This document shows, one piece after another, positions 35,354-47,130 of a DNA stretch of 47,849 nucleotides. Position 1 is the stretch's first letter. Every line of letters starts with the position of its first letter. Location of the stretch: assembly GCF_001194135.2 (NCBI RefSeq), contig NC_069002.1, positions 31,400,617 through 31,448,465 on the forward strand, read 5' to 3'. The stretch comes from Octopus bimaculoides. Its lineage: Eukaryota. The notes under the pieces are model-generated. The model did not search any database and had not been told where the DNA came from. It saw only the letters and a list, made by a program, of their open reading frames with translations. The position numbers and the translations under genes were made by a program.

Positions 35354-35495
35354 ATTATCATTATTATTATCATTATTATTATTATTATTATTATTATTTC
35401 CATTGTCGCTTTTGCTCTGGCAGATGTTATACCGACACTATACCAAAAGAGCAAGCCATATAAAATGGCGAAAAATTCTTTCTGTCATTCCTTCT

Positions 35496-35805
35496 TCACC
35501 TTTCCAACACCTTCCTTAGAGTCCTTGCTGTTCATAACAAAGCCGTTTTCTGCAACAGACCCGTCCTGGTGGTAATTCCTAGCTTCTCAAGCCATGCATC
35601 TAACCTTTTACTGACTGTGCCCGGTGCACCAACCAGAATCGGTACCACTTCTATATGCCTGATTCTCCATAGTTTCCTGATTTCCTATTTCAGCTTCTAA
35701 TATTTCTCCACTTTCTCACTTTCCTTCTCATTCACCCTGTAGTCCCAGAGTGAGGTAATATCTACAATAATTGCCTTGTTCTTTTCTACAATAAAAATGT
35801 CATTA
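35496..35805 (-). mobile_element. R4/Dong-clade LINE C-terminal restriction-like endonuclease relic
   Basis: DIFIVEKNKAIIVDITSLWDYRVNEKE..EKVEKY*KLK*EIRKLWRIRHIEVVPILVGAPG...LQKTALL*TARTLRKVLER*, a PD-(D/E)xK RLE of R4/Dong type. Confidence 0.8.
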
Positions 35806-35812
35806 TTATTGT

Positions 35813-36310
35813 GTTAGAGAGTAATGCATGCCATGAAAGTGACACCGGGTCCCGTTATACCCATTATGTCTACCCGTCTGATAGAGGTACACTAGACACA
35901 TGCATCACAACCATATGTGCGCGACATGGTCAGCTTATATCAAGATAAACAGTTCATGATCTTGCAGGTGAGTCCCAGTTAAAATTTTCTTCAGGTTGAG
36001 TAGCCCATCCCGCTCAAGAAACCCCTGAATAAGATTTGTTTTAAGGATGATGAACGAAACAACCATGTTTCCATGGGTGACTTATTCAAACTCCAAAGAA
36101 TTCTTCTCAACACATGGCTACGATGCTCCCCCACGACTTCTGTTTGTGATCAAAGATGCACTTATCATCAGCCACCAAGGGACATGCTCAACTGGTTAAG
36201 GTCAAGCAAATCTGCAGTACTGAGCGGAATATTTGCCGTCGTCCATCTTTTAGCGAGAGACAAAACATACATGTTAACACTTATAATCAGTTAAGATCAG
36301 AAGCCATTAG
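35813..36310. repeat. Probable unclassified interspersed repeat
   Basis: Single copy in this window. Recognised only from recollection of octopus repeats. Confidence 0.3.
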
Positions 36311-36760
36311 AATCACTATTATTATTTAGATTAAATTCTGATATATAAAATTTATATCANNNNNNNNNNNNNNNNNNNNNNNNNNNNNNNNNNNNNNNNN
36401 NNNNNNNNNNNNNNNNNNNNNNNNNNNNNNNNNNNNNNNNNNNNNNNNNNNNNNNNNNNNNNNNNNNNNNNNNNNNNNNNNNNNNNNNNNNNNNNNNNNN
36501 NNNNNNNNNNNNNNNNNNNNNNNNNNNNNNNNNNNNNNNNNNNNNNNNNNNNNNNNNNNNNNNNNNNNNNNNNNNNNNNNNNNNNNNNACCTTTTCAGTT
36601 TTGACTTCCTTTTGAAAGAATAGCTAAATAAATAAACATCAAAGATGATTTTTCAAAATTATGCTTAACTTTTTGATAAAAGATAATCTGAGAAATTTTT
36701 CGAAGAAAAATAAAAACTGAAAAAACTATGGTTAAGAGGAGGGTACAATACACCTTATTA

Positions 36761-37049
36761 GTAAAGAATAAAAAGTTTAGAATGGTACAACAATGCACTA
36801 TAAAACAAAAAAAAATGGACTATATACCTGTTGTAATTTGGTTATCTATAGTCCGATGATATTTCGGAATTACAATTCCTTCAGATATTCTTAGATGGAA
36901 TTTATAGCAGAGACTCCATCTAAGAAGATCTGAAGAATTGTAATTCCGAAATATCATCGGACTATAGATAACCAAATTACAACAGGTATATAGTCCATTT
37001 TTTGTATTATAGTGCATTGTTGCACCATTCTAAACTTTTAGTTCTTTAC
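36761..37049. repeat. Long inverted repeat with 139/135-bp arms and a 15-bp spacer
   Basis: 36761-36899 versus 36915-37049. About five substitutions and two indels, with a perfect run of about 65 bp. Confidence 0.95.
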
Positions 37050-37356
37050 AAACAATACACAATGCTTCAAGCGAACTACAATACACCTTATTGTAATTCT
37101 ATTTATTTATCCATCTATTTTGCAAAATCGTAATCATGCACATCTCAAGAAGTTACGGTTTTGAGCGGAGCAGATTAATTTCTAGCCCTCTTCTATAGAA
37201 ATGTTATATAATATATATTTGCCAATGTGTATTATTATATTGTATTATATAAATATATTATATATTTAAATATGTTATGCATTATATATATATAATGATA
37301 TAATAATATTAATGTTTGTTCTTACGTCAAGTTATAATAAAAACAATTTAACATTA

Positions 37357-37418
37357 AAGTTTCGGCCTGCTTACCCTCCTCGGACTGTCCTTGGAGAGCA
37401 GGTCGAAACTTCGAAGTC
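37357..37418. repeat. 15-bp hairpin with hammerhead-like 3' halves
   Basis: AAGTTTCGGCCTGCT 37357-37371 pairs with AGCAGGTCGAAACTT 37397-37411, followed by palindromic ACTTCGAAGT and GTC. Confidence 0.6.
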
Positions 37419-37496
37419 ACTACTAATACTATTCTCCTTAATCTTATCTATCTATCTATCGATAAATAGATAGATAAATGTGTGTTTCTGTGTAAA

Positions 37497-37700
37497 GGCA
37501 ACGAGCGGGCGGGATAATTAGCATGCTGGGCAAAATGCTTAGCGCCATTTCTTCCGTCTGAGTTCAAATTCCGCTGAGGTCAACTTTGCTTTTCATTCTT
37601 TCGAGGTCGATAAGATAAAAACCAGTTGAGCACTGAGATCGATGTAATTGACTTACCCCTCCCCCAAAATTGCTGGCCTTGTGCCAAAATTTGAAACCAA
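37497..37700 (+). mobile_element. SINE family B (tail type 1)
   Basis: GAGTTCAAATTCCGCTGAGGTCAACTTTGC...GGCCTTGTGCCAAAATTTGAAACC. Confidence 0.82.
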
Positions 37701-37836
37701 TATTTATACACACTCACACACATATATATATAGGGATTAAATCCAAAATTACAGGTAAAAAGTCAATTAAAATCAATTTATTAAAAATTAAAATTAAATT
37801 AAGTTTCACAGTAAAATATATATAAATATATAGTTT

Positions 37837-37973
37837 TAGGGAAAAGAACCAAGGTTCATCTTATATTTACTTTGTATTATATTATACTCATTTATTGTGC
37901 TTTTAATTATTAATTTTTCTATATGTGACTGGATTTTCATCGATGAGTTCATGAACCTTGGTTCTTTTCCCTA
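37837..37973. repeat. 23-bp perfect inverted repeat TAGGGAAAAGAACCAAGGTTCAT with a 91-bp spacer
   Basis: 37837-37859 versus 37951-37973, flanked by (TA)n. Confidence 0.9.
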
Positions 37974-38665
37974 TATATATATATATATATATATATGTAT
38001 AGATAATACTTACATACACATTCGCAAGCGCACACACACACTCACACACATAGTAGAGTCGCTTCCCTAGACTTACAATACACTTTTTCCCAAACGATGT
38101 AAGAAATATCCCAATTACCTAATTTAACAAGTTTCAATTATTTCCTAAATTAAACATACACAAACAAACAAAAACGTCATTGAAAAACCCCAAAAGGAAT
38201 CCTATTCTTAAACGAATTGTTTCTTGTGTTTAAATTTCGTGGATCTTTCTATATAACTATGCGAGTCCATTTAGATGTCAAAAGTATGAAACCCTTTAAT
38301 TGTGCAGTTTAGGGAGGAGGGTATTTATAAAAGGGGAGAGAGAGAGAGAGAAAAAGGGCTGGGGTCAACAGGAATAGAAAGCAGCTGAAATTGTTATGTT
38401 GTCATACATATATACATCACATAAAAATGATATTTCAGCTGCCAGTTTAGGAAAGAAGCGGTTTTCTTCTTATTTCTTATTCATTCTTCATGTCGTATCA
38501 CACACACACACACACACACACATACACACACACACATTCACGCACACGCGCGCAACCTTAATAAACAACCAAAACTTTGACACGAGCCAACAGAAGGAGC
38601 CTTTCTCTTTCTACTGAGTCATTCTACATGCTAGAAAGAGCAGCCTATTCTTTGGTCGTATGACA

Positions 38666-38945
38666 TTATGAAAATAGCAGCCTATTCTCCCTCAAATCAC
38701 ACCTTATGAAATAGCAGCCAAATCTCTCCAAAACCACTAACTATCAAATAGCAAGTAAATCTCTATGAAATAGCAGCTAAATCTTCCTCAAATCACATCC
38801 TTTAAAATAGCAGCCAAGTCTCCCTTAAGTCACACCCCACGAAATAACAGCCAAATCTCCCTCAAATCACCTCCTATAAAATAACGGCTAAGTCTCCCTC
38901 AAATTACACCCTACGAAATAGCAGCCAAATCTTTAAACCACATCC
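38666..38945 (+). repeat. Tandem array (about 37-bp unit, about 8 units) derived from repeat family E
   Basis: Unit ATGAAATAGCAGCCAAATCTCCCTCAAATCACACCCT. The last unit runs on into the normal family E body. Confidence 0.85.
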
Positions 38946-39689
38946 TACTATCTAAAACAAAAGGGGACACATCTAACAATGTAGTCCCAGATAGACAGAA
39001 AAGTGGTCTGGTCACGGTCGTATCCCTTTTTTTATTTTTTATTATAGATCTTTCTAATCAGGACTGACCTGTGGCTAAACTACAATGGTTTGTAATTTAG
39101 GCCTGAAATTTTGAATGGGCATTAGTTAATAGTATTGAGTCCAAAGGGAGACAAGGTTGACCTCGGCGGGATTTGAACTCAGAATGGGAAGTGTAAGGCA
39201 TTTTTTTCCCCGACAACGATTCTAACTATCCCTCCATCAACCGTGGTCGGTCACCGTGCTAGAAATAACAGCTGCACACCCTTCCGTGTTTAAATTTAAA
39301 AAAAAAAAAAAGTAATGTAGTCTCGGATATATCAGAAGTAGGTGTGGTCACGGTTGGATGGTTTTGATAATAGATCTGTGTATTTAGGATTGTCCTGGGG
39401 TCAAAGCACAATAACAATAACAACAATTGTCTCTCCATCAACCCAACAAGGGAGCTTTGCTATGTGGTCGTTCAACATTCTAGAAATAACAGTCACATCT
39501 CTCTCAAATCACTGCAAACGGCACATTGGATATTGTAGTCCTAGATACACCAATCTCTTAACATAAAATAAAATGGTGACGGCTGGAAAACCTTTTTATT
39601 AATATCTTTTAATTCAGTGATAACCTGGGGGCTGGACAGCAACGAAAATAACGTTGGACTGCGGCCATGCTGGGGCATCGGTTATCTTT

Positions 39690-40110
39690 TACTAGTTTCA
39701 GTCAGTAGACTGCGGCCATGCTGGAGCACCGCCTTTAGTCGAGCAAATCGACCCCAGGACTTATTCTTTGTAAGCCTAGTACTTATTTTATCGGTCTCTT
39801 TTTGCCGAACCGCTAAGTTACGGGGACATAAACACACCAGCATCGGTTGTCAAGCGATGTTGGGGGACAAACACAGACACACAAACATATACACACACAT
39901 ACATATATATATGTATACATAGATACGACGGGCTTCTTTCAGTTTCCGTCTACCAGATCTACTCACAAGGCTTTGGTCGGCCAAATATATATATATATGC
40001 ACGCACACATACAGGATGGGCTTCTTTCAGTTTCCGTCTGCTAGAAGACACTTTTCCAACATAGCAGGTTTTAAACTATTTGATTGGGAAACAAGCTTAC
40101 CACACAGCTA
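39690..40110 (-). mobile_element. SINE family A with local duplications
   Basis: GACTGCGGCCATGCTGG and GGGCTTCTTTCAGTTTCCGTC each occur twice. Confidence 0.85.
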
Positions 40111-41307
40111 TACTTCCATTTTAATTTTCATTTTATTCAGTTATGGAAGATTATTTAAAGAAAGCCGACAGATATATATTTAAAATCTGCAGTTTTTTGT
40201 TTTATTCCTTAATTAAATATCTATTTATTGTTGTTGTTTTCTTAATTACTTGCATCAAACATCCTTTGAAAGCTTTATTTAAAGAATGTAACGCCATAAA
40301 ATAAAATTACCCGGGTAATATAAAGATAGAAAGAAAAAAACTAAATGGTTGTGTTGTTTAACCCAGAGTCGACTCCCAAAGAGATGACCTACAACAAATA
40401 AGACGATCTCTGACCAAAGACATTCCGGCCATGCCCATCCGTCTTTATTCCATGTTCAAGGAACTCCCAAGCACAATATTCAGTGAGTTCTTTATTTTCA
40501 AAGTGGCAAGGATAGGATTTGAGGGAAATCTGACTGCTATTTCTAACAGGTCGACTAACCACATACACCACCACCATGTTGGTATTGGTGATGTATTTTA
40601 ACCCTAAGTCCGCTTTCACCCAGCATTCCTATGATGAATCTAGACCTTCCAGCCTCGACCATTTAGTTCTTTTATTTTATATTTTAATCTGCCAAATATT
40701 ATGCTACTTTATACGAGCTTATTTTGTATATTTCTTTTTTATTCGAGGAGAGTAGGCTCTGATTTAAAAGGAGTATTTAGCTGCTATTTCTAACGCCAGT
40801 AAAGCTTACGTACAACAGTACTAAATTTTTAAGGGCGGGAGTGTGTCCTTTACAGGCATATTTGACTTCTATTTCTAGCGTTAGTATTCGACAGAATGTT
40901 TTATAAAGCTAACGTTGACAGTAGCCTATCTAGGACTGCATTATATAAAGTGACCTTCCTTTTTAAAGACAGGAGTGTGTGCTTCGAAGGTAGATTTAAC
41001 TGCCATCTCTAGCGTTGGTCTTCCATAGTGAATGCTTGATAAGGCTTAACATTGAGGCGCCGCTTATAGAAACATAGATAAATAAATTATTATTTAATTA
41101 AAGTTGCCTACTTTATTTCCACTAGGATAAGTAAAAAGAAACTGAAGCAATATATACAATATGTATGTATACACCCGTATACACACACACTCACTTTTGT
41201 TGATAATTGGTGTGTATATATATTCACTTTGGATTCTATCCCCCATAGCAAAGTATCCGTCTCTTCAATTAGATTTTAAAAAGGTTCTGAAATGTTAAAG
41301 AAAAAAA

Positions 41308-41610
41308 AGCCTCGGGCCGACCAAAGCCTTGTGAGTGGATTTGGTAGACGGAAACTGAAAGAAGCCCGTCATGTATATATATATATATATATATGTTTGT
41401 GTATCTGTGTTTGTCCCCCCCCCCCAACATCGCTTGACAACCGATGCTGGTGTGTTTACGTCCCCGTAACTTAGCGGTTCGACAAAAGAGACCGATAGAA
41501 TATGTACTAGGCTTACAAAGAATAAGTCCTGGGGTCGATTTGCTCGACTAAAGGCGGTGCTCCAGCATGGCCGCAGTCAAATGACTGAAACAAAGAAAAG
41601 AGTAAAAGAG
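41308..41610 (+). mobile_element. SINE family A, 5'-truncated young copy
   Basis: Starts at AGCCTCGGGCCGACC, near-identical to 46850-47125. Confidence 0.9.
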
Positions 41611-41639
41611 TATATATATATATGCATGTATATACGTAT

Positions 41640-41680
<41 letters not shown>

Positions 41681-43352
41681 CGTATGTATGTATATATAAT
41701 GCTTATGAGACAAATATTTTGCTATCTCCTGTTTTCTTGTTTTGATATATATATTTCTTTTTCTTCTTGAGAACATATTCTTCGTGGTTAGGGGATTTGG
41801 CATCTATTTCTAGCATATAGGAGTCCACTTTTGCCGGTCGTTCCTCTTAATTTTGTATGTAATATAATTTTAATCTTCGGATTTTTTAAAAATATGCTAG
41901 ACCACTGGTTTTAATTGATTAATATCAATTTCTACCCTTATTATTATATTTCTTATATATATATCAAAACTGGAGGACCATTATTTATGCCTTGTCTTAT
42001 ACTTCATATATACATGATATAATATATATAATTACATGCATACACCCATATATGCATGAGTGTGTGTATATGAATGTATATAAAATTTGAAAAAGGATGC
42101 TTTTTGTCCATTATTAATTAAAATATTCACACTACTAAAATATATTTTTGCATATCCACTTTTAATCGTAATGAGAACTTTGTTCTGCTAGAAATAGCTC
42201 CTAAAATTCCTCCAGTTTATACATTAAAATCTTTTTTAAAAAGAATGAAGCATACATTGTGTCTGAAACTAGAATAGGATGGCTCCAAACTCTTTTAATT
42301 TATACACTAAAATTTGTTTAAAAACCGAAAGGACACATTGGATGATGTACCCCCAGGTACATTGTGTCTGAAACTAAAATTGAATGGTCAGTGGTTAGAA
42401 AACTTCTGGTCAGACGTGTGTTAGACCAGTGGTTAAAAAACAGTTTTTTCATAAGCAGAAATTAAGCTAATTTCTTGGTGCGTCATTTTATCGACCCAAG
42501 GAGGACGAAATATAAAATCGACCCAAGTCATATTCGAACTCCTAAAAGTGTTAACAAAAATGAACACTTTCTATCGCCTGACATTTTTTCTGTGAATCTA
42601 TCTACATTTTCTGTCACTCATAGTGTTTGAGAAGATGGAAAAGGCATGAACAACACTGCACCAAATTCCATGTTTCTTATAATACATGGCAGAGACAGAG
42701 AGGGAGGGGGTCATTTTTTTATGGAGGAGAGAAGTCTGTATGATGCGGGGGGAGGGAGCGGTGTAGCTGTTATTACACTGTATTTCAAATTTACCGCGTA
42801 AATGCAAGCGCGCCTGCGCGCATACGCATACGCACACATACAGATACACTTCTACACGCAAACACACACTCCTGCTGTTACACCTTTTCTCTCTCTTATC
42901 TGTCACTCGCTCTTCTTTCCCTATTTTTCTATTCCCTCTTTCTCCGTCTCTTCTCTCTTTTTCTTCTTTCTCTTATACATTTCTCTTTCTTTTCCATGTC
43001 TCTCTCATCTCTCTACTTTCTCTTCTCCCTTTTCCACCCTTTTTCTTTCGTCTATGCCTTCTTTCTCTCTTTTCTTTCCTCTTTCTTTCCCTCATTCCAC
43101 TCTCTCTCTCTATCTTTCTGTCTTTCCTTTGCCCTCAAACACTCGTCAACGCCCCCTTTTTTAACTTCTTTGGTTGACAATTTTCCTTCCACCCCCTACT
43201 CGTCTTCCTACACCTACCCCCTCTCGATGCTGCACCTCCTTCGTTTCTCTCTACTCCTCCTCTGCCTCAGCTGATAGCTATCGTTTACTTTTTTAGTTAT
43301 TTTATTCATTTATTTATTTATTTATTTATTTATTTCAGCAGCGTCTGTCTGC

Positions 43353-43391
<39 letters not shown>

Positions 43392-43578
43392 ACGCACGCA
43401 ATACACATTCTTTCTGAGATATGATAAACACACATACCCAGAAATGAGACACACATACATATGCAGATACATAAATCTCTCTCTCTCTCTTTCTCTCTCT
43501 CTANNNNNNNNNNTGAGACACACATACATATGCAGATACATAAATCTCTCTCTCTCTCTTTCTCTCTCTCTATCTCTC

Positions 43579-43665
<87 letters not shown>

Positions 43666-44317
43666 CTATACATATATACATATATTCATGCATATGCACA
43701 CATACATTGATACATATATATACATATGAATAACCAGACAAATGAGCCAACGCCAACAGGGGGGGGGGAGCCTCTGCGTAGTCGTGTGACTGCTAGAGAT
43801 AGCAGCTAAATATTCTACTCATCACATCTTACTGACTTAAAAAAGAGAAAGACATGTGTGAAAGAAAAATAGACAGTATGGCCACTCTTGATGTAAATGA
43901 ACAACAGTTACAAAATGTCTTATCCTTGTACGCATTCAGACATGATTTTATTTATATACATACATGAATACACACGCACGCACACACATATGTACAAGTG
44001 TGTAACTTAGAAACGTTTTGGTCATTATTGACCCAGGTCCAGTCTAACTTTAATAACACCACATGCCCTACTCATTTATGTCATGTTCGAGGACACTCAT
44101 GTAGGAAGCTATTTGCCGAGATGTATTCAGTTGCAGTAGATACCCGAATCTCGATATACTTCAGTCTCTCTTACCTATATATATTTCTATCCATCCATCC
44201 AGCCTACCAAAACACACACATTTATCAATTAGATTATAAGGATAAAATCTATATAAGATTTTATCAAGTAGACAGTGTGTAAAACTAATTAAGGTAAAAA
44301 ATTAATACGAAGTATAT

Positions 44318-44668
44318 TGTTGGCACTCCGTTGCTTACGACGTCGAGGGTTCCAGTTGATCCGATCAACGGAACAGCCTGCTCGTGAAATTAACGTGCAA
44401 GTGGCTGAGTACTCCACAGACACGTGTACCCTTAACGTAGTTCTCTGGGATATTCAGCGTGACACAGTGTGACAAGGCTGACCCTTTGAATTACAGACAC
44501 AACAGAAACAGGAAGTAAGAGAACGTTGTGGTGGAAGAGTACAGCAGGGTTCGCCACCATCCCCTGCCGGAGCCTCGTGGAGCTTTAGGTGTTTTCGCTC
44601 AATAAACACTCACAACGCCCGGTCTGGGAATCGAAACCGCGATCCTATGACCGCGAATCCACTGCCCT
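44318..44668 (-). mobile_element. tRNA-derived SINE family D (head cut by gap)
   Basis: Reverse complement of 45450-45810. Confidence 0.88.
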
Positions 44669-44830
44669 NNNNNNNNNNNNNNNNNNNNNNNNNNNNNNNN
44701 NNNNNNNNNNNNNNNNNNNNNNNNNNNNNNNNNNNNNNNNNNNNNNNNNNNNNNNNNNNNNNNNNNNNNNNNNNNNNNNNNNNNNNNNNNNNNNNNNNNN
44801 NNNNNNNNNNNNNNNNNNNNNNNNNNNNNN

Positions 44831-44885
<55 letters not shown>

Positions 44886-45095
44886 TGTGTCTGTGTTTGT
44901 CCCCCCACCAACATCGCTTGACAACCGATGCTGGTGTGTTTACGTCCCCGTAATTTTGCGGTTCGGCAAATGAGACCGATAGAATACGTACTAGGCTTCC
45001 AAGGAATAAGTCCTGGGGTCGATTTGCTCGACTAAAGACGGTGCTCCAGCATGGCCGCAGTCAAATGACTGAAACAAGTAAAAGAGTAAAAAGAG
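44831..45095 (+). mobile_element. SINE family A 3' half (5' half in gap)
   Basis: Near-identical to 41380-41610. Confidence 0.88.
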
Positions 45096-45109
45096 ATAAA
45101 GCTAAATTA

Positions 45110-46310
45110 CCAGTTTAATTAACCATTCAATAAAACCACCCTAAGCATCGCAAACTGCCTCTACGCCGCGTCGAAATCGTTTACAAGGTTGGATCAAGTG
45201 GTCCTTGTTCATATCGGACATGACTCGAACTGTGGCGGCTTTCAAAAAACTTTGGTGCTAATGAGTGTTCATTGATATTTTTCTCAACGATGCTTCATAC
45301 ATAGTAGTCCAGTGGATTGAGATCTGGAGAATTAGGAGGCCAAATGATAGGTGGGGGGGTGATGCGATCATGCAAATATGTCGGCCATCCATTCTTGTGT
45401 CATTTGAGCCTTGTGTGATGGTGCAGAGTGGAGACGCAATGGCCCAGTGGTTAGGGCAGCGGACTCGCGGTCATAGGATCGCGGTTTCGATTCCTAGACC
45501 AGGCGTTATGAGTGTTTATTGAGCGAAAACACTTACAGCTCCACGGGGCAACGACAGGGGATGGTGGCGAACCCTGCTGTACTCTTTCACCACAACTTTC
45601 TCTCACTCTTGCTTCCTGTTTCTGTTGTGCCTGTAATTCAAAGGGTCAGCCTTGTCACACTGTGTCACGCTGAATATCCCCGGGAACTAAGTTAAAGGTA
45701 CACGTGTCTGTGGAATGCTCAGCCACTTGCACGTTAATTTCACGAGCAGGCTGTTCCGTTGATCGGATCAACTGGAACCCTCGACGTCGTAGGCGACGGC
45801 GTGCCAACAACAAAGATGGTGCAGAATCTTGTTGGAAGACATAAGACCTTTCATTTTATACACTGTTGATCCAGGGCTTAACAACTTTATCCAGAACCTC
45901 AATATATGCAGCAGCATTCACTCTAAAGCCTTGTGGGGGAAAAAGTAAGGAGGCATCATTGACCTTCATTGCTAACAACATCCCAAACCATGACAGTTGC
46001 AGGAAATTTTGTGTGCATTACTCTTGGAACTCCAGAAGGGTCTACACATAGCCATCTGTCATTTCTTCTGTTTGTTTTCTGGTCCTGGTCAAAGTTGTCT
46101 TCTGTTAGATTTTTAAGTTTGTTCAAGTCTTTTGGATCTGATTAAACGGTCTTCTTTTTTTTTTTTTTCTGATACACGAAATTGTTTTGGAATTGACTTC
46201 ATTGATTTTCCTGCATTGTCTTCAATAATTTGCTTAACGTGGACTGATAGAATCAGAGAGTTTGGAATGTTTAGACTTAACTACTTATGAATATAGTACT
46301 GGTCTATGCT
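45110..46310 (-). mobile_element. Tc1/mariner DD37D (maT-type) transposase relic, interrupted by a SINE
   Basis: NFDQDQKTNRRNDRWLCVDPSGVPRVMHTKFPATVMVW..VSNEG, YVFQQDSAPSHKA and WPPNSPDLNPLDYYV...GGFIE*. Contains stops and frameshifts. Confidence 0.85.
45428..45814 (+). mobile_element. tRNA-derived SINE family D, full length with an 11-bp TSD
   Basis: tRNA-like head (AATGGCCCAGTGGTTAGG; GGTTTCGATTCC), (CAA)n tail, TSD GATGGTGCAGA at 45417-45427 and 45815-45825. Confidence 0.92.
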
Positions 46311-46454
46311 CTAGAGTGTGGGTCTTTTTTTTAGATATATGATATACACAAACACACTTTATTTATAAAGCATATTACTCTACCTCCGGTATTTGAGTAC
46401 TATTTTTTCACCTTGTTTCGCATTTATGTGCTTACTCTGGTATGTGTGTGTGTT

Positions 46455-46735
46455 CTTTTACTTGTTTCAGTCATTTGACTGTGGCAATGCTGGAGCACCG
46501 CCTTTTAGTCGAAGAAGTTGACCCCTGGACTTATTCTTTGTAAGCCTAGTGTTCATTCTATTGGTCACTTCTGCAGAACCGCTAAGTTACGGGGACGTAA
46601 ACACACCAACATCGGTTGTCAAGCGATGAAGTGGGGGACAAACAGACACAAACACACACACACACACACATCGGGACTGAACTCGGAACCATGTAGTTGG
46701 GAAGTATGTTTCTTAGCACACAGTCATGCCTATTG
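46455..46735 (-). mobile_element. SINE family A, internally deleted
   Basis: Reverse complement of the family 3' half plus part of the head. Confidence 0.85.
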
Positions 46736-46756
46736 TTAGATTATATATATTTATAT

Positions 46757-47130
46757 GGCTGTGTGGTAAGTAGCTTGCTTACCAACCACATGGTTCCGGG
46801 GTTCAGTCCCACTGCGTGGCACCTTGGGCAAGTGTCTTCTGCTATAGTCTCGGGCCGACCAAAGCCTTGTGAGTGGATTTGGTAGACGGAAACTGAAAGA
46901 AGCCTGTCGTATATATATATTTGTGTGTCTGTATTTGTCCTCCCCAACATCGCTTGACAACCGATGGTGGTGTGTTTACGTCCCCATAACTTAGCGGTTC
47001 GGCAAAATAGACCGATTGAATAAGTAAGTATTAGGCTTACAAAGAATAAGTCCTGGGGTTGATTTGCTCGACTAAAGGTGATGCTCCAGCATGGCCGCAG
47101 TCAAATGACTGAAACAAGTAAAAGAGTATA
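46757..47130 (+). mobile_element. SINE family A, full length
   Basis: TGGCTGTGTGGTAAGTAGCTTGCTTACCAACCACATGGTTCCGGGTTCAGTCCC...GTAAAAGAG. Confidence 0.92.

Noticed and set aside
38666-38945. CRISPR-like regular repeats
   Set aside because: The units are contiguous and degenerate with no unique spacers, in a eukaryotic context with no cas genes.
42808-42822. NRF1-like GCGCCTGCGC
   Set aside because: It sits at the edge of a decayed (CG)/(CA) microsatellite.
43444-43575. Exact 60-bp direct duplication around a 10-N gap
   Set aside because: Typical overlapping contig ends, an assembly artifact.
45428-45500. tRNA-like sequence
   Set aside because: It is a SINE head followed by the family body and flanked by a TSD, not a tRNA gene. 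The same holds for the heads of families A and B.
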